Below, piece after piece: positions 9,941-18,554 of a DNA stretch of 35,371 nucleotides. The position numbers and the translations under genes are program-made. Numbering within the stretch: the first letter of the stretch is position 1; every line of letters starts with the position of its first letter. Under the pieces are notes generated by a model. It saw only the letters and a list, made by a program, of their open reading frames with translations, had not been told where the DNA came from and made no database searches. Origin of the DNA: an uncultured archaeon (GTDB lineage: Archaea > Asgardarchaeota > Lokiarchaeia > Sigyniarchaeales > SOKP01); contig CAZGJX010000037.1 of the NCBI GenBank assembly GCA_964525635.1, positions 1 to 35,371 on the forward strand. Reading direction: 5' to 3'.

Positions 9941-10398
9941 ATGAAATTAATTAGTAATGATTTTAAAAATAATGAATTAATGGATAAGAAATTCTCGTAT
10001 CGAGCAGAAAATTTATCACCTCACTTAGAATGGGAAGATTTCCCAGATGGAACAAAAAGCTTCGCCATTTCTTGTAATGATCCTGATGCTCCAGTAGGAG
10101 ATTGGGTACATTGGATCGTTATTAACATTCCTGCGAATATTAAAGAGATATACCAAGGAGGACCAGTTCCAGGAGAAGAATTAGAAAATGATTTTGGGAA
10201 AAAAGGATATGGAGGCCCTTCAATTTTCGAGAAATCCTCATTATAGGGAGACCTCCTAGTGGAACCCATAGATATTTTTTTAAAATCTACGCTCTTGATG
10301 CAAATAAATTGGAAGATGTGAAGAAGAGTAATTTTAGTGAAAAAATAAAGGGACATTCAATTGAATCTGCTGAATTAATTGGATTATATAAGAAATAA
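9941..10398 (+). CDS. YbhB/YbcL (PEBP/Raf kinase inhibitor-like) protein, join(9941..10221,10251..10398), 142 aa after splicing
   Basis: Exon 1 has SPHLEW and DPDAP...WVHW. Removing 10222-10250 restores [22 protein letters not shown] and an open frame to TAA at 10396-10398. Confidence 0.85.
10222..10250 (+). other. Putative 29-nt bulge-helix-bulge (archaeal-type) intron in an mRNA
   Basis: Exon helix GGAGG(10211-15)/CCTCC(10252-56), 4-bp central helix CCCT(10216-19)/AGGG(10245-48), 3-nt bulges TCA(10220-22) and AGA(10249-51). Confidence 0.8.
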
Positions 10399-10479
10399 AA
10401 TATTTTTAATTTTAAAAATTCGAAACAAATATAAATTCTTGAATAATAATATCAAAATAAAAATCAATAAAAAAATATT

Positions 10480-10566
10480 ATGGATCCTTTTTTGATATTT
10501 ATAGGAATTTTAGTGGTAGTTGTAGTAATTATTATTATACTTGTGTATAAATATGCTCTTACTTAA
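10480..10566 (+). CDS. 28-aa single-TM peptide, paralog 1
   Basis: MDPFLIFIGILVVVVVIIIILVYKYALT; paralogous to 10802..10888. Confidence 0.75.
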   Translation: MDPFLIFIGILVVVVVIIIILVYKYALT

Positions 10567-10801
10567 TCAATAACTATTAAATTTATAGTGATTAATTAAG
10601 GTGATTTTCTTTTTTTCTTTATATTTTGAAAAAATATACATTTCTATATTTCTCTAAAAAAATCTAATTTAATATTCATTAAAATGGTTTAAATGGATGA
10701 TTCTTACTTTTTCATAACATTTAAATATCTAATTATATAATAGTATATTGAGGTATATATATATATAAAATGAAAAAATAAAAATAAAGAAGTGATGAAT
10801 A

Positions 10802-10888
10802 ATGGATCCCTTTTGGATATTTATGGGTGTGTTCCTTTTGGTTTTGGGATTAATTATTGGTCTTGGCTATAAATATGGTCTAAATTAG
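10802..10888 (+). CDS. 28-aa single-TM peptide, paralog 2
   Basis: MDPFWIFMGVFLLVLGLIIGLGYKYGLN; AAGTGA RBS-like motif upstream and a T20 tract downstream. Confidence 0.75.
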   Translation: MDPFWIFMGVFLLVLGLIIGLGYKYGLN

Positions 10889-10891
10889 TCA

Positions 10892-10911
10892 TTTTTTTTT
10901 TTTTTTTTTTT
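10892..10911 (+). terminator. Poly-T archaeal-type terminator
   Basis: T20 run starting 4 nt after the stop of peptide paralog 2. Confidence 0.55.
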
Positions 10912-11249
10912 ATTCATTTAACTCCTATCCAATATAACTTGATTGAATTCTATTGAATATTAGTTATTAAGGTTAAAAGTAAAAAAATTAGAATTAAAAA
11001 TTATAGTTATTTATATAAAGTCTTATTAGGTATAATTAATTATTTTTAAAAAATAAATATAGTTAATATTTATGAAAATAAATGCTTTTTATTAATAGAA
11101 GATATTCAATTTCCTGTTTCTATTTCAGTTTATTTTCCGTTTGGCGTTGGAATGAATAAATCATAAACAACGGGTTTTTTTTTAAAGAATTATCGTAATT
11201 TCTTTTTAAAATATATAATTTAGAAGATTATTAAATAACAATAAAAATC

Positions 11250-11939
11250 ATGAAAAAAGTAGAATTTGACTATGAAAAAATTATACTGATAGGAAGAAGG
11301 TTCAATGAGTATGAGAAAATGTTCAGACTTAATGATTTTAAACCAAATGGTATCCGTATATTAGATGTCGGATCAGGAGTAAGTTCCTTTTGCTCTGAGG
11401 CTCAGAATCTAGGATATGATGTTCTAGCTATAGATCCAATCTATATCAATAATGTGAATTATCTTAATTTAAAATGTGCTAAAGATCTTGATATTGTTAT
11501 TGAAAAACTTGAAGGTAAAGAACATTTTTTCATTTGGCAGATATTTAAAAATAAAAATCATTTAAAAAATCAAAGAGAGACAGCATATAAAACTTTTCTC
11601 AAACATTATGAGAAATATCAAAACAAATATTATATTTATGGGTATTTACCAAAAATCAAATTGAATGATAATCAAATAGATCTAGTCATTTCATCTCACT
11701 TATTATTTTTCTATGATAACCTATTAGACTATGAATTCCATAAAGCATCTTTAGAAGAGATGATTAGAATTTGTTCAAAAGAGGTTCGAATTTTTCCTAT
11801 TATCAATCTTGATAATAAAAAATCAGAATTTCTAAATATTCTAAAAGAAAATGAATTTAAAAACTATAAGATATCTATTGAAAGAGTGGATTTCGAATTT
11901 TATAGAGGAGCAAATGAAATGCTAAGAATTGTTAAATAA
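11250..11939 (+). CDS. Class I SAM-dependent methyltransferase
   Basis: ILDVGSGVSSF motif I and DLVISSHLLF. Confidence 0.88.
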   Translation: MKKVEFDYEKIILIGRRFNEYEKMFRLNDFKPNGIRILDVGSGVSSFCSEAQNLGYDVLAIDPIYINNVNYLNLKCAKDLDIVIEKLEGKEHFFIWQIFKNKNHLKNQRETAYKTFLKHYEKYQNKYYIYGYLPKIKLNDNQIDLVISSHLLFFYDNLLDYEFHKASLEEMIRICSKEVRIFPIINLDNKKSEFLNILKENEFKNYKISIERVDFEFYRGANEMLRIVK

Positions 11940-11952
11940 TTATTTTTCATTA

Positions 11953-12357
11953 TTATTTAATATTGAATGTTAACAATTTATTTAATGTTAAGATATAATA
12001 TTCTATTTTTTCTTTAAATATCTCATAATGAGTAAATCTTCCTCTTTTCCATCCTCGAATTAATCCTATTTTCTCTAACTCTCTTAAATGATGGGAAATA
12101 GTAGATTGAGATTTGTCTAAAATTGCTTCTAACTCACATACACAATAATCTTTACTCAATAATACTTTTATAATTTTCAAACGTTCTTCATTGCCTAAAA
12201 TATTACAGAAATTGAGAATATCTGTAAAAAAATCATTTTTATATAAATTTTTCCCCAAATTTTGTAATTCTTTAAAATATTTTGAAACATCAATATTATT
12301 CATATCGACACAGCTTTCTAATGTCTCTATTAATTCTATTTGTCTCTTTTTGTTCAA
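11953..12357 (-). CDS. arsR: ArsR/SmtB metalloid-responsive repressor
   Basis: RLKII...YCVCEL...SQSTISHHLREL (alpha3 CVC site); divergent from acr3; TTG start with AGGAG. Confidence 0.9.
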   Translation of the reverse strand: MNKKRQIELIETLESCVDMNNIDVSKYFKELQNLGKNLYKNDFFTDILNFCNILGNEERLKIIKVLLSKDYCVCELEAILDKSQSTISHHLRELEKIGLIRGWKRGRFTHYEIFKEKIEYYILTLNKLLTFNIK

Positions 12358-12524
12358 TATAAACTCTCCTTCAAGGAAGAATAAAATTTAGTTTTTTAGT
12401 TATAGAAGTCAATATTATATATAAGATTGATCCTTTTAGATTCAAATCGATATACTTAAATCTCAAACAATATTTAATGAATATAAATGTTAAAGATATA
12501 GAATAAAAAATAGTTTGATTTTAA

Positions 12525-13553
12525 ATGATCGAACAAGATACAAAAAAAAAAGAACTGGGTTTTTTTGAAAAATATTTACCTATTTGGATCGGATTTTGTA
12601 TTTTTATTGGTATTCTTTTTTCAAGAGTTTTACCAGAATTAAGTGCTGCGATTGATAAATTTAAAATAGGAGAAATATCAATACCTATTGGCATTTGTCT
12701 CTTCTTAATGATGTATCCCGCGATGTTAAATCTTCAATTCTCAGAATTAAAAAAATTAGGTAAAAATCCTAAACCCATAATTTTAACACTCATTTCTAAT
12801 TGGCTGATTGCACCCTTTATTGGACTAGCTATGGCAAATCTATTTTTGCAAGGTGAAGAGGAATTAATCTTTGCAATTATTTTACTTTCAAGTTCACCTT
12901 GTACCGCAATGGTTTTAGTATGGGGTTGGATGGCTAAGGGTAATCAAGAACAAAATGTTTTGAATACAAGTCTTAACACAATTACAATAATATTTTTATA
13001 TGTCCCAATGGTATCTCTCTTATCAGGAATTCAGAACATTCATATTGACTGGATTCTTTTAGGTCTCTCTTTAATCTTTTTTATTGGACTCCCTCTATTA
13101 ATAGGTATTATTTCCAAAAGGATAATTATAAAGGTAAGAGGTAATGATTGGTTTCAAAACATCTATAGACCAATTGTAGGTAAAATATCTATTATAGCAT
13201 TATTGACAACATTAGTAATTTTATTTTCATTAAATGGAAATGTTTTAATTCAACATCCTGATTTGATGGTTCTTATTACAATTCCTCTCTTACTGGGATT
13301 TATAATAGTTGTTGGTTATAACATTTTAATTACTAAATTATTTAAACTAAAATATCGTGAAGCAATTATTACTGTGATTATTGGTTCATCAAGCCATTTT
13401 GAAATTGCAATAGCTACAGCAACAACCATGTTTGGATTAGGATCTATCGCAGCACTCGGAACTACTATGGGATTATTTTGGGAAGTTCCTGTAATGCTCT
13501 TCTTAGTTTATTTGGGCAAGTTTCTTAAAAAGCGAGATTTTTGGGAGTTTTAA
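12525..13553 (+). CDS. acr3: Acr3 family arsenite efflux transporter
   Basis: FFEKYL..W, LFLMMYPAM, PCTAMVLVW, SSHFEIAIA and EVPVML motifs. Confidence 0.95.
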   Translation: MIEQDTKKKELGFFEKYLPIWIGFCIFIGILFSRVLPELSAAIDKFKIGEISIPIGICLFLMMYPAMLNLQFSELKKLGKNPKPIILTLISNWLIAPFIGLAMANLFLQGEEELIFAIILLSSSPCTAMVLVWGWMAKGNQEQNVLNTSLNTITIIFLYVPMVSLLSGIQNIHIDWILLGLSLIFFIGLPLLIGIISKRIIIKVRGNDWFQNIYRPIVGKISIIALLTTLVILFSLNGNVLIQHPDLMVLITIPLLLGFIIVVGYNILITKLFKLKYREAIITVIIGSSSHFEIAIATATTMFGLGSIAALGTTMGLFWEVPVMLFLVYLGKFLKKRDFWEF

Positions 13554-13562
13554 TAAAATTAA

Positions 13563-13682
13563 AAGGAAAAAAATATTTTTCAAAATTGTGTGGTTATTAA
13601 TGGAAAGAGAATAATTATAACAATTAATGAACTTGAAAGAGAGTTACTAAAAATTCTAAACGATAATGGAATTATTATCTAA
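13563..13682 (+). pseudogene. Possible C-terminal remnant of a small thioredoxin-like protein
   Basis: Frame reads ...VVINGKRIIITINELERELLKILNDNGIII*, like the C-terminal half of small redox-disulfide proteins found in ars operons. No CxxC N-terminus. Confidence 0.3.
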
Positions 13683-13735
13683 GAAATTAAATTAACTCAA
13701 TTTAAAAATATTTTAATAATTAGAGAGGTGATATT

Positions 13736-14080
13736 ATAAAAAAAATAACTTTTCACATTAGTATGCCCTATAGTGGATTATCTGAAGGAAAAATCTTTAA
13801 CATAGAAATTAAGGATGATGGTACATTCCCCGAAGCATTAGCCATGGTTGATAAATATATTATGAATAATCCAGAAGAATCAATTTTTCCCTTATTTGAT
13901 GGATTTATTCATAATTACTTACAATTATTTTGGAATCCTAAAGAGAATAAAATATATGAGGATTGTGGTTTAATGCCTTATGGTCCTGGAAGAAAATTTA
14001 TACCATTAAGAGATAATCCCGATTTTATCTTATATCCCAATAGCATTATTGATTTACAATTAGATCCAGGATGCTGATGA
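13736..14080 (+). CDS. MoaD/ThiS/ubiquitin-like beta-grasp protein, candidate selenoprotein ending ...DPGC-U
   Basis: The ORF track starts at ATG 13763, but the frame extends to ATA 13736 just after GAGGTGA. Pattern KITFHI...KIFNIEIKDDGTFPEAL...ILYPNSIIDLQLDPGC, then TGA TGA (14075-14080) and a downstream SECIS-like hairpin. Confidence 0.6.
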
Positions 14081-14200
14081 GATAAAATAAAAAAAAAATT
14101 AGATATAGGGGAATTTAAAAATATACTGAGAAAAAAATATGGAAAAGATAACAAACACTTTAAACATTATTTTAAATAAAATAAATATTAAAAAAAAAGA

Positions 14201-14236
14201 ATGAAATCTTTTAAAAAACGCTTGTGAAAGATTGAC
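14201..14236 (+). promoter_or_regulatory. Eukaryote-type SECIS element candidate
   Basis: AUGA core (14201-04), 12-bp helix with one A.G mismatch (AAUCUUUUAAAA/UUGUGAAAGAUU), apical loop AACGC, and GA at 14234-35. Confidence 0.7.
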
Positions 14237-14331
14237 GTTAGGATTGCGGCCTAAATTTTTTAATATATTTTACACTTTTAATAATATTTTATAGAAAAAA
14301 GATTTTTATCTAAAATAGAAATTGATTAATT

Positions 14332-14769
14332 ATGAAAAAACTTAATGTTCTATTTTTATGTTCACATAATCAAGCACGTAGTCAGATGGCAGAAGCATTC
14401 TTAAAAAAATATGCCGGTGATCTCTTCAATGTTTATAGTGCTGGTTTTGAACCAAAAGGAATTCATCCATATACCAGAATTGTAATGGAAGAAAAAGGAT
14501 ATGATTTAAGTGAACACAGTTCTAAAGATTTAAAAAGATATTTGGGGGAAGTTCATTTTGGAATTATTATTACTGTTTGTAAAAGAGCAAATGAATTATG
14601 TCCTACTATTCCAGGGGTATCAACAAGGATATTGTGGGATATTAAAGATCCATCTAGTTTTAATGGAACAGAAGAAGAAAAAATAGATAAATTTCGCCAA
14701 GTTAGAGATATTTTAGAAAAAAAAATAAAATCTTGGTTAAAGGAACAAAATATTAAAGTCAAATTATAA
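14332..14769 (+). CDS. arsC: Thioredoxin-dependent arsenate reductase (LMW-PTP fold)
   Basis: P-loop FLCSHNQARSQMAEA, resolving Cys pair TVCKRANELCP, and WDIKDP. Confidence 0.92.
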   Translation: MKKLNVLFLCSHNQARSQMAEAFLKKYAGDLFNVYSAGFEPKGIHPYTRIVMEEKGYDLSEHSSKDLKRYLGEVHFGIIITVCKRANELCPTIPGVSTRILWDIKDPSSFNGTEEEKIDKFRQVRDILEKKIKSWLKEQNIKVKL

Positions 14770-14819
14770 TCAATTATCTTTCCCTAAAGTATTTATAATC
14801 TAAGAGAATATTTTTCTTT

Positions 14820-15503
14820 ATGGATGATGAACTCTACAAGAAAGTTGATGACTACATCAAAAAATTGTTTACTCCAGAAGATAATATACTTCTTTCAACG
14901 ATAAAATCTCTTGATAAAGCGGATATGCCTCAACATAGTATTTTTGCCAATCAGGGAAAACTACTTCAGATTTTTGCTATGCTATGTAATGCAAAAAAGA
15001 TTCTTGAAATAGGAACTTTAGGTGGTTATAGCACAATTTGGTTAGCAAGGGCATTACCGGACGATGGCACGCTTATAACTATTGAAATTGATCCAAAATA
15101 TGCAGAGGTAGCTAGAAAAAATATTGAGAATGCTAATCTAAGTAAAAAAGTAGTAATTAAAATTGGAGAAGCATTATCAGTGCTGGAGACCCTTGAAAGA
15201 GAAGAAGGTTATATATTTGATTTGATTTTTATTGATGCTCATAAACCTTCTTATGTAAAATATTTTGAATGGGCTCTTCGATATTCGCACGTTGGAACAT
15301 TAATTGTTGCTGATAATGTTATTCGAGAAGGGCAAGTTCTTACTCCTATTAGTAATGATGATAAAGTAAAAGGTGTGCAACAATTCAATGAAATGCTTGC
15401 TTCTAATAAAAAAATTCATTCAATAATTATTCCAACTATTACTGGTAATGGTTATGATGGAATGGCTCTAGCACTAGTCAAGAAAAGTAATATAGGTGAA
15501 TAA
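14820..15503 (+). CDS. O-methyltransferase family 3 (caffeoyl-CoA OMT-like)
   Basis: ILEIGTLGGYSTIWLA, FDLIFIDAHK and IVADNV. Confidence 0.93.
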   Translation: MDDELYKKVDDYIKKLFTPEDNILLSTIKSLDKADMPQHSIFANQGKLLQIFAMLCNAKKILEIGTLGGYSTIWLARALPDDGTLITIEIDPKYAEVARKNIENANLSKKVVIKIGEALSVLETLEREEGYIFDLIFIDAHKPSYVKYFEWALRYSHVGTLIVADNVIREGQVLTPISNDDKVKGVQQFNEMLASNKKIHSIIIPTITGNGYDGMALALVKKSNIGE

Positions 15504-15600
15504 AACGGTCAGAAATTCAATTCACAATTTATAATTAAATATATATAATACTTGAACACAATTTTAATAATATTGTAAAAAATAAAAAAAAAGAATAAAT

Positions 15601-16308
15601 CTAATTTTTAAGGAAAAATGATTTAATCTTATTTGGCATTATGTAGCCAAAATAAAATACTATTGCGCTTAATAATAGAATAATCCTGTTAATGGGTGTA
15701 GTAAAGATAACTTCCATTATAGATCCTATGAGAAATAATATAAAAGCAAGAAGTAGGAATTTTCCTCTTAATTTTATTTTTGGATCATCTAACTTTAAAG
15801 AACGATAAGCAAATAAAAAACCAGTAACTATAAAAATAGATAATATATAAAGAAGTAATATTATTGTTAATGGTTCAAAATCTACATCAACAGGACTTAA
15901 TAAATTCCCTACAATATCTACATTATTGTATAAAAAATAAATCAGTGATATTTCAAGAATTATTGAAATTAAAATATGAATGATAATTAAAACTTTCCAT
16001 TTATTAATCATTAATGGTTCTTTTAAACCAACAAGCCATATTAGTAAAAATAAAGGTAAAAAACCTGAATTAAGAAATAAGTATAATTCCTCAGTAATTC
16101 CAGTTTGATTGAATAGCGCGACAATAAAACCAATTGTAGAGGGCCACCATGGTTCACTAATACCAATCCAAGCGATTCCTACAAGAATCACCTTTTTTTC
16201 CTTTTTAATTCTATATTTTGAGATAATCATCAAACCAACAATTACACATACTACTACAGTTAAAAGACTGAAAATCCCATTTAAAATTATTTCATTAGAT
16301 AAACCCAT
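15601..16308 (-). CDS. 7-TM membrane protein of unknown function
   Basis: About 7 hydrophobic helices; resembles stand-alone sensor-type 7TM domains. Confidence 0.75.
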   Translation of the reverse strand: MGLSNEIILNGIFSLLTVVVCVIVGLMIISKYRIKKEKKVILVGIAWIGISEPWWPSTIGFIVALFNQTGITEELYLFLNSGFLPLFLLIWLVGLKEPLMINKWKVLIIIHILISIILEISLIYFLYNNVDIVGNLLSPVDVDFEPLTIILLLYILSIFIVTGFLFAYRSLKLDDPKIKLRGKFLLLAFILFLIGSIMEVIFTTPINRIILLLSAIVFYFGYIMPNKIKSFFLKN

Positions 16309-16478
16309 ATTTATTTCACTATTAAGAATAAAAGAAAATTAAATATATATAAAAAATATCAATTTAAATTTCTTTTTATTATTTTGAAATTAATGATTTT
16401 AATACCACAAATAACAACTTCTTAAAATAGAATTTACAAGAAAAATTAAAACAAATTGAAGAAATTTTAAACCAAAAA

Positions 16479-16586
16479 TTACTTCGAATTTTGATTTAAT
16501 TTCTTGTTATTGAGGATATATTTTATTATATGGTATAGAATATATATAAAGATTCCAATCAAACCTATTGATCCTAATATAATCAT
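16479..16586 (-). CDS. Possible small single-TM protein
   Basis: Hand-translated MIILGSIGLIGIFIYILYHIIKYILNNKKLNQNSK (extendable to GTG at 16610): a TM segment followed by a basic tail. Confidence 0.35.
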   Translation of the reverse strand: MIILGSIGLIGIFIYILYHIIKYILNNKKLNQNSK

Positions 16587-16800
16587 TAATTGGTAAGGAA
16601 AGAGATCCACATCAACCCTAGTAAATAATAAAAATAAAATATCATTAAACCTCTTTTAATATATTTGAGTTGTATTAAATAATTTTCTCCATAAATGGTA
16701 ATTTTTTATTTAATTTAACCATATCTCTATGTTTCAGTAAAATATATAGAATTAGATTATAAAAAATAAAATTTATAGATAATTTAGGGAAATATTCAAA

Positions 16801-17388
16801 ATGAATGAAGATTTGCTTGAAAAAGTAGAAAATTTTGCGTTTAATAACTCTGATATTGATGATATTCATGGATTTAATCATGTTAAAAGGGTTTATAATT
16901 TATGTATTGATTTAGGGAAAAATTTAAATGCTAATTTGTTAACATTAAAGATTTCTGCTTTACTCCATGATATTGGTAGAAAAAAAGAAAATATAAAAGA
17001 AGATAAAACAAATCATGCTATTATTTCTGCCAAAATGACAGAAGAATTTTTAAAAATGTATAATATTAGCCTAACTGAAATAGATTTGGATAATATTATT
17101 CATTGTATCATAACTCATTCTTTTTCTAATAAAATCAAACCTAAGACTATTGAAGCTAAAATCCTCTCTGATGCAGATAAACTTGATGCAATTGGAGCAA
17201 TTGGATTATACAGGACAATTGCATTTACAACATTGAAAGAAGGGGGTATAAATAAAGTAATTGAGCATATAGAAAATAAAATAATCAAATTAAAGGATCA
17301 ATTATACTTAGATATTTCAAAAAAAATAGCTAAAAAAAGACAAAAAATTATAATACAATTCTATAATGAAATAAAATCAGAAAAATGA
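16801..17388 (+). CDS. HD-domain phosphohydrolase
   Basis: HGFNHVKRV, ALLHDIG and DADKLDAIGAIG. Confidence 0.93.
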   Translation: MNEDLLEKVENFAFNNSDIDDIHGFNHVKRVYNLCIDLGKNLNANLLTLKISALLHDIGRKKENIKEDKTNHAIISAKMTEEFLKMYNISLTEIDLDNIIHCIITHSFSNKIKPKTIEAKILSDADKLDAIGAIGLYRTIAFTTLKEGGINKVIEHIENKIIKLKDQLYLDISKKIAKKRQKIIIQFYNEIKSEK

Positions 17389-17399
17389 TACTTTATTGA

Positions 17400-18281
17400 C
17401 TAGATCAAATGGCGAAATTTATCTAAGTTTAAAATTGTATCTATTAAAATCTGGAAGTTTTCTTTATTCCCATGAATTAACAGTAAATGATTTTTAATAG
17501 GAATAATTGCTTCCATTCCTCCTAACCACCATTTCTTCTTAAATTTTAATTTTATGTAAATATTCATTCCATGATATTGATGAAAAGTAGTATCTTCAAA
17601 TTTCATATTTTCAAATCCAGGGATTTTATGTTTTCTAATTTCATACTCCGTTTTAGTTTTAAAAATATCAATTGCTTCTTGGATTAATTTATTATCATTT
17701 TCAATATTCTTTTCAAAAATACAAACGATTAAACCACAACCTTTTGGAAAACCTTTTCGCCCTTTAAGTTCATAATCTAAAGTAATTTTTCCTAAAATAT
17801 CTCCATACTCTACAACTTCTGTTTTAATATTCCAGCCTTGTTCAACAAGAGGTTTGAGATATTTATAGCCTCCAGGGTGTATTGTATCAATTGAAAGCTT
17901 TTTTGATCCTTGATATATAATATCAAGGGTATCTCCAATGAATAGGCTTTCTTTCTTTAACTTTTCTAACTCTTTTTCTTTATTTTTAATAATTAAATTT
18001 AATATTTTTAATGGTGGTTTTGCAATATATTTAAATCTTTTTGGATTTTGAGAAATTTCTTCTGAATAAACCCAATCCATTTTAGTAAGTCTTTCCATAA
18101 TAGCATAAATTGTAGTTCTCCCTATCTCTAATTCCTCTTTTATACAACCAACTATTTCTCCTCGTTCTCCTCTTTTTATTAATGATAAGTATACTTTTGC
18201 TTCCTCATCGTTGAGACCAAAATCTTTAACAATTTCAATATTTTCTTGAGTTATACTGTCATAATTTTGTCTATATTCCAA
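17400..18281 (-). CDS. TrmB-family HTH transcriptional regulator
   Basis: FGLNDEEAKVYLSL...IGRTTIYAIMERL...PKRFKYIAKPP. Confidence 0.85.
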   Translation of the reverse strand: MEYRQNYDSITQENIEIVKDFGLNDEEAKVYLSLIKRGERGEIVGCIKEELEIGRTTIYAIMERLTKMDWVYSEEISQNPKRFKYIAKPPLKILNLIIKNKEKELEKLKKESLFIGDTLDIIYQGSKKLSIDTIHPGGYKYLKPLVEQGWNIKTEVVEYGDILGKITLDYELKGRKGFPKGCGLIVCIFEKNIENDNKLIQEAIDIFKTKTEYEIRKHKIPGFENMKFEDTTFHQYHGMNIYIKLKFKKKWWLGGMEAIIPIKNHLLLIHGNKENFQILIDTILNLDKFRHLI

Positions 18282-18326
18282 ATTAAAAACCTATCTCTAA
18301 TTTTAATAAATTCTTTTTGAAAAAAG

Positions 18327-18346
18327 TTGTCAAGATATGATGACAA
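18327..18346. promoter_or_regulatory. Candidate operator of the TrmB-like regulator
   Basis: Palindrome TTGTCA-N8-TGACAA in the divergent intergenic region. Confidence 0.5.
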
Positions 18347-18422
18347 TAAAAAGACCTTTAAATATAATTTTAATCTTTCTTATCTTGAATATAAAATATT
18401 AAATATAATAGAGGTAAATTAA

Positions 18423-18539
18423 ATGGTAAATAACAAGAGAGTTCAATTTAGGTTTGTCGGTTTTTTAAATAGAATGAATTATTTAAAATTCTCTTTCTCT
18501 AATAATCTTGTTTTATTTATCATTAATTTATATTTATGA
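18423..18539 (+). CDS. Possible 38-aa leader ORF or gene remnant
   Basis: GAGGT RBS then MVNNKRVQFRFVGFLNRMNYLKFSFSNNLVLFIINLYL; its TGA overlaps the GAGGTG RBS of the next gene. Confidence 0.3.
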   Translation: MVNNKRVQFRFVGFLNRMNYLKFSFSNNLVLFIINLYL

Positions 18540-18554
18540 GGTGTAAAAAAAAAA

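Noticed and set aside
10021-10356. 111-aa minus-strand ORF
   Set aside because: Antisense shadow of the YbhB gene
9941-10398. YbhB gene as a simple insertion pseudogene or IS footprint
   Set aside because: No target duplication or other lesions, and BHB-rule excision restores the conserved motif exactly; kept only as the null hypothesis
11100-11180. Slightly GC-richer patch upstream of the methyltransferase
   Set aside because: Only short stop-interrupted frames and no convincing structure; at most a gene remnant
14201-14254. Mini-ORF MKSFKKRL-TGA starting at 14201
   Set aside because: No RBS and very short; the ATGA is better explained as the SECIS core
11250-15503. Flanking methyltransferases as arsenite methyltransferase ArsM
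   Set aside because: They lack the ArsM GLGCG motif and conserved Cys set
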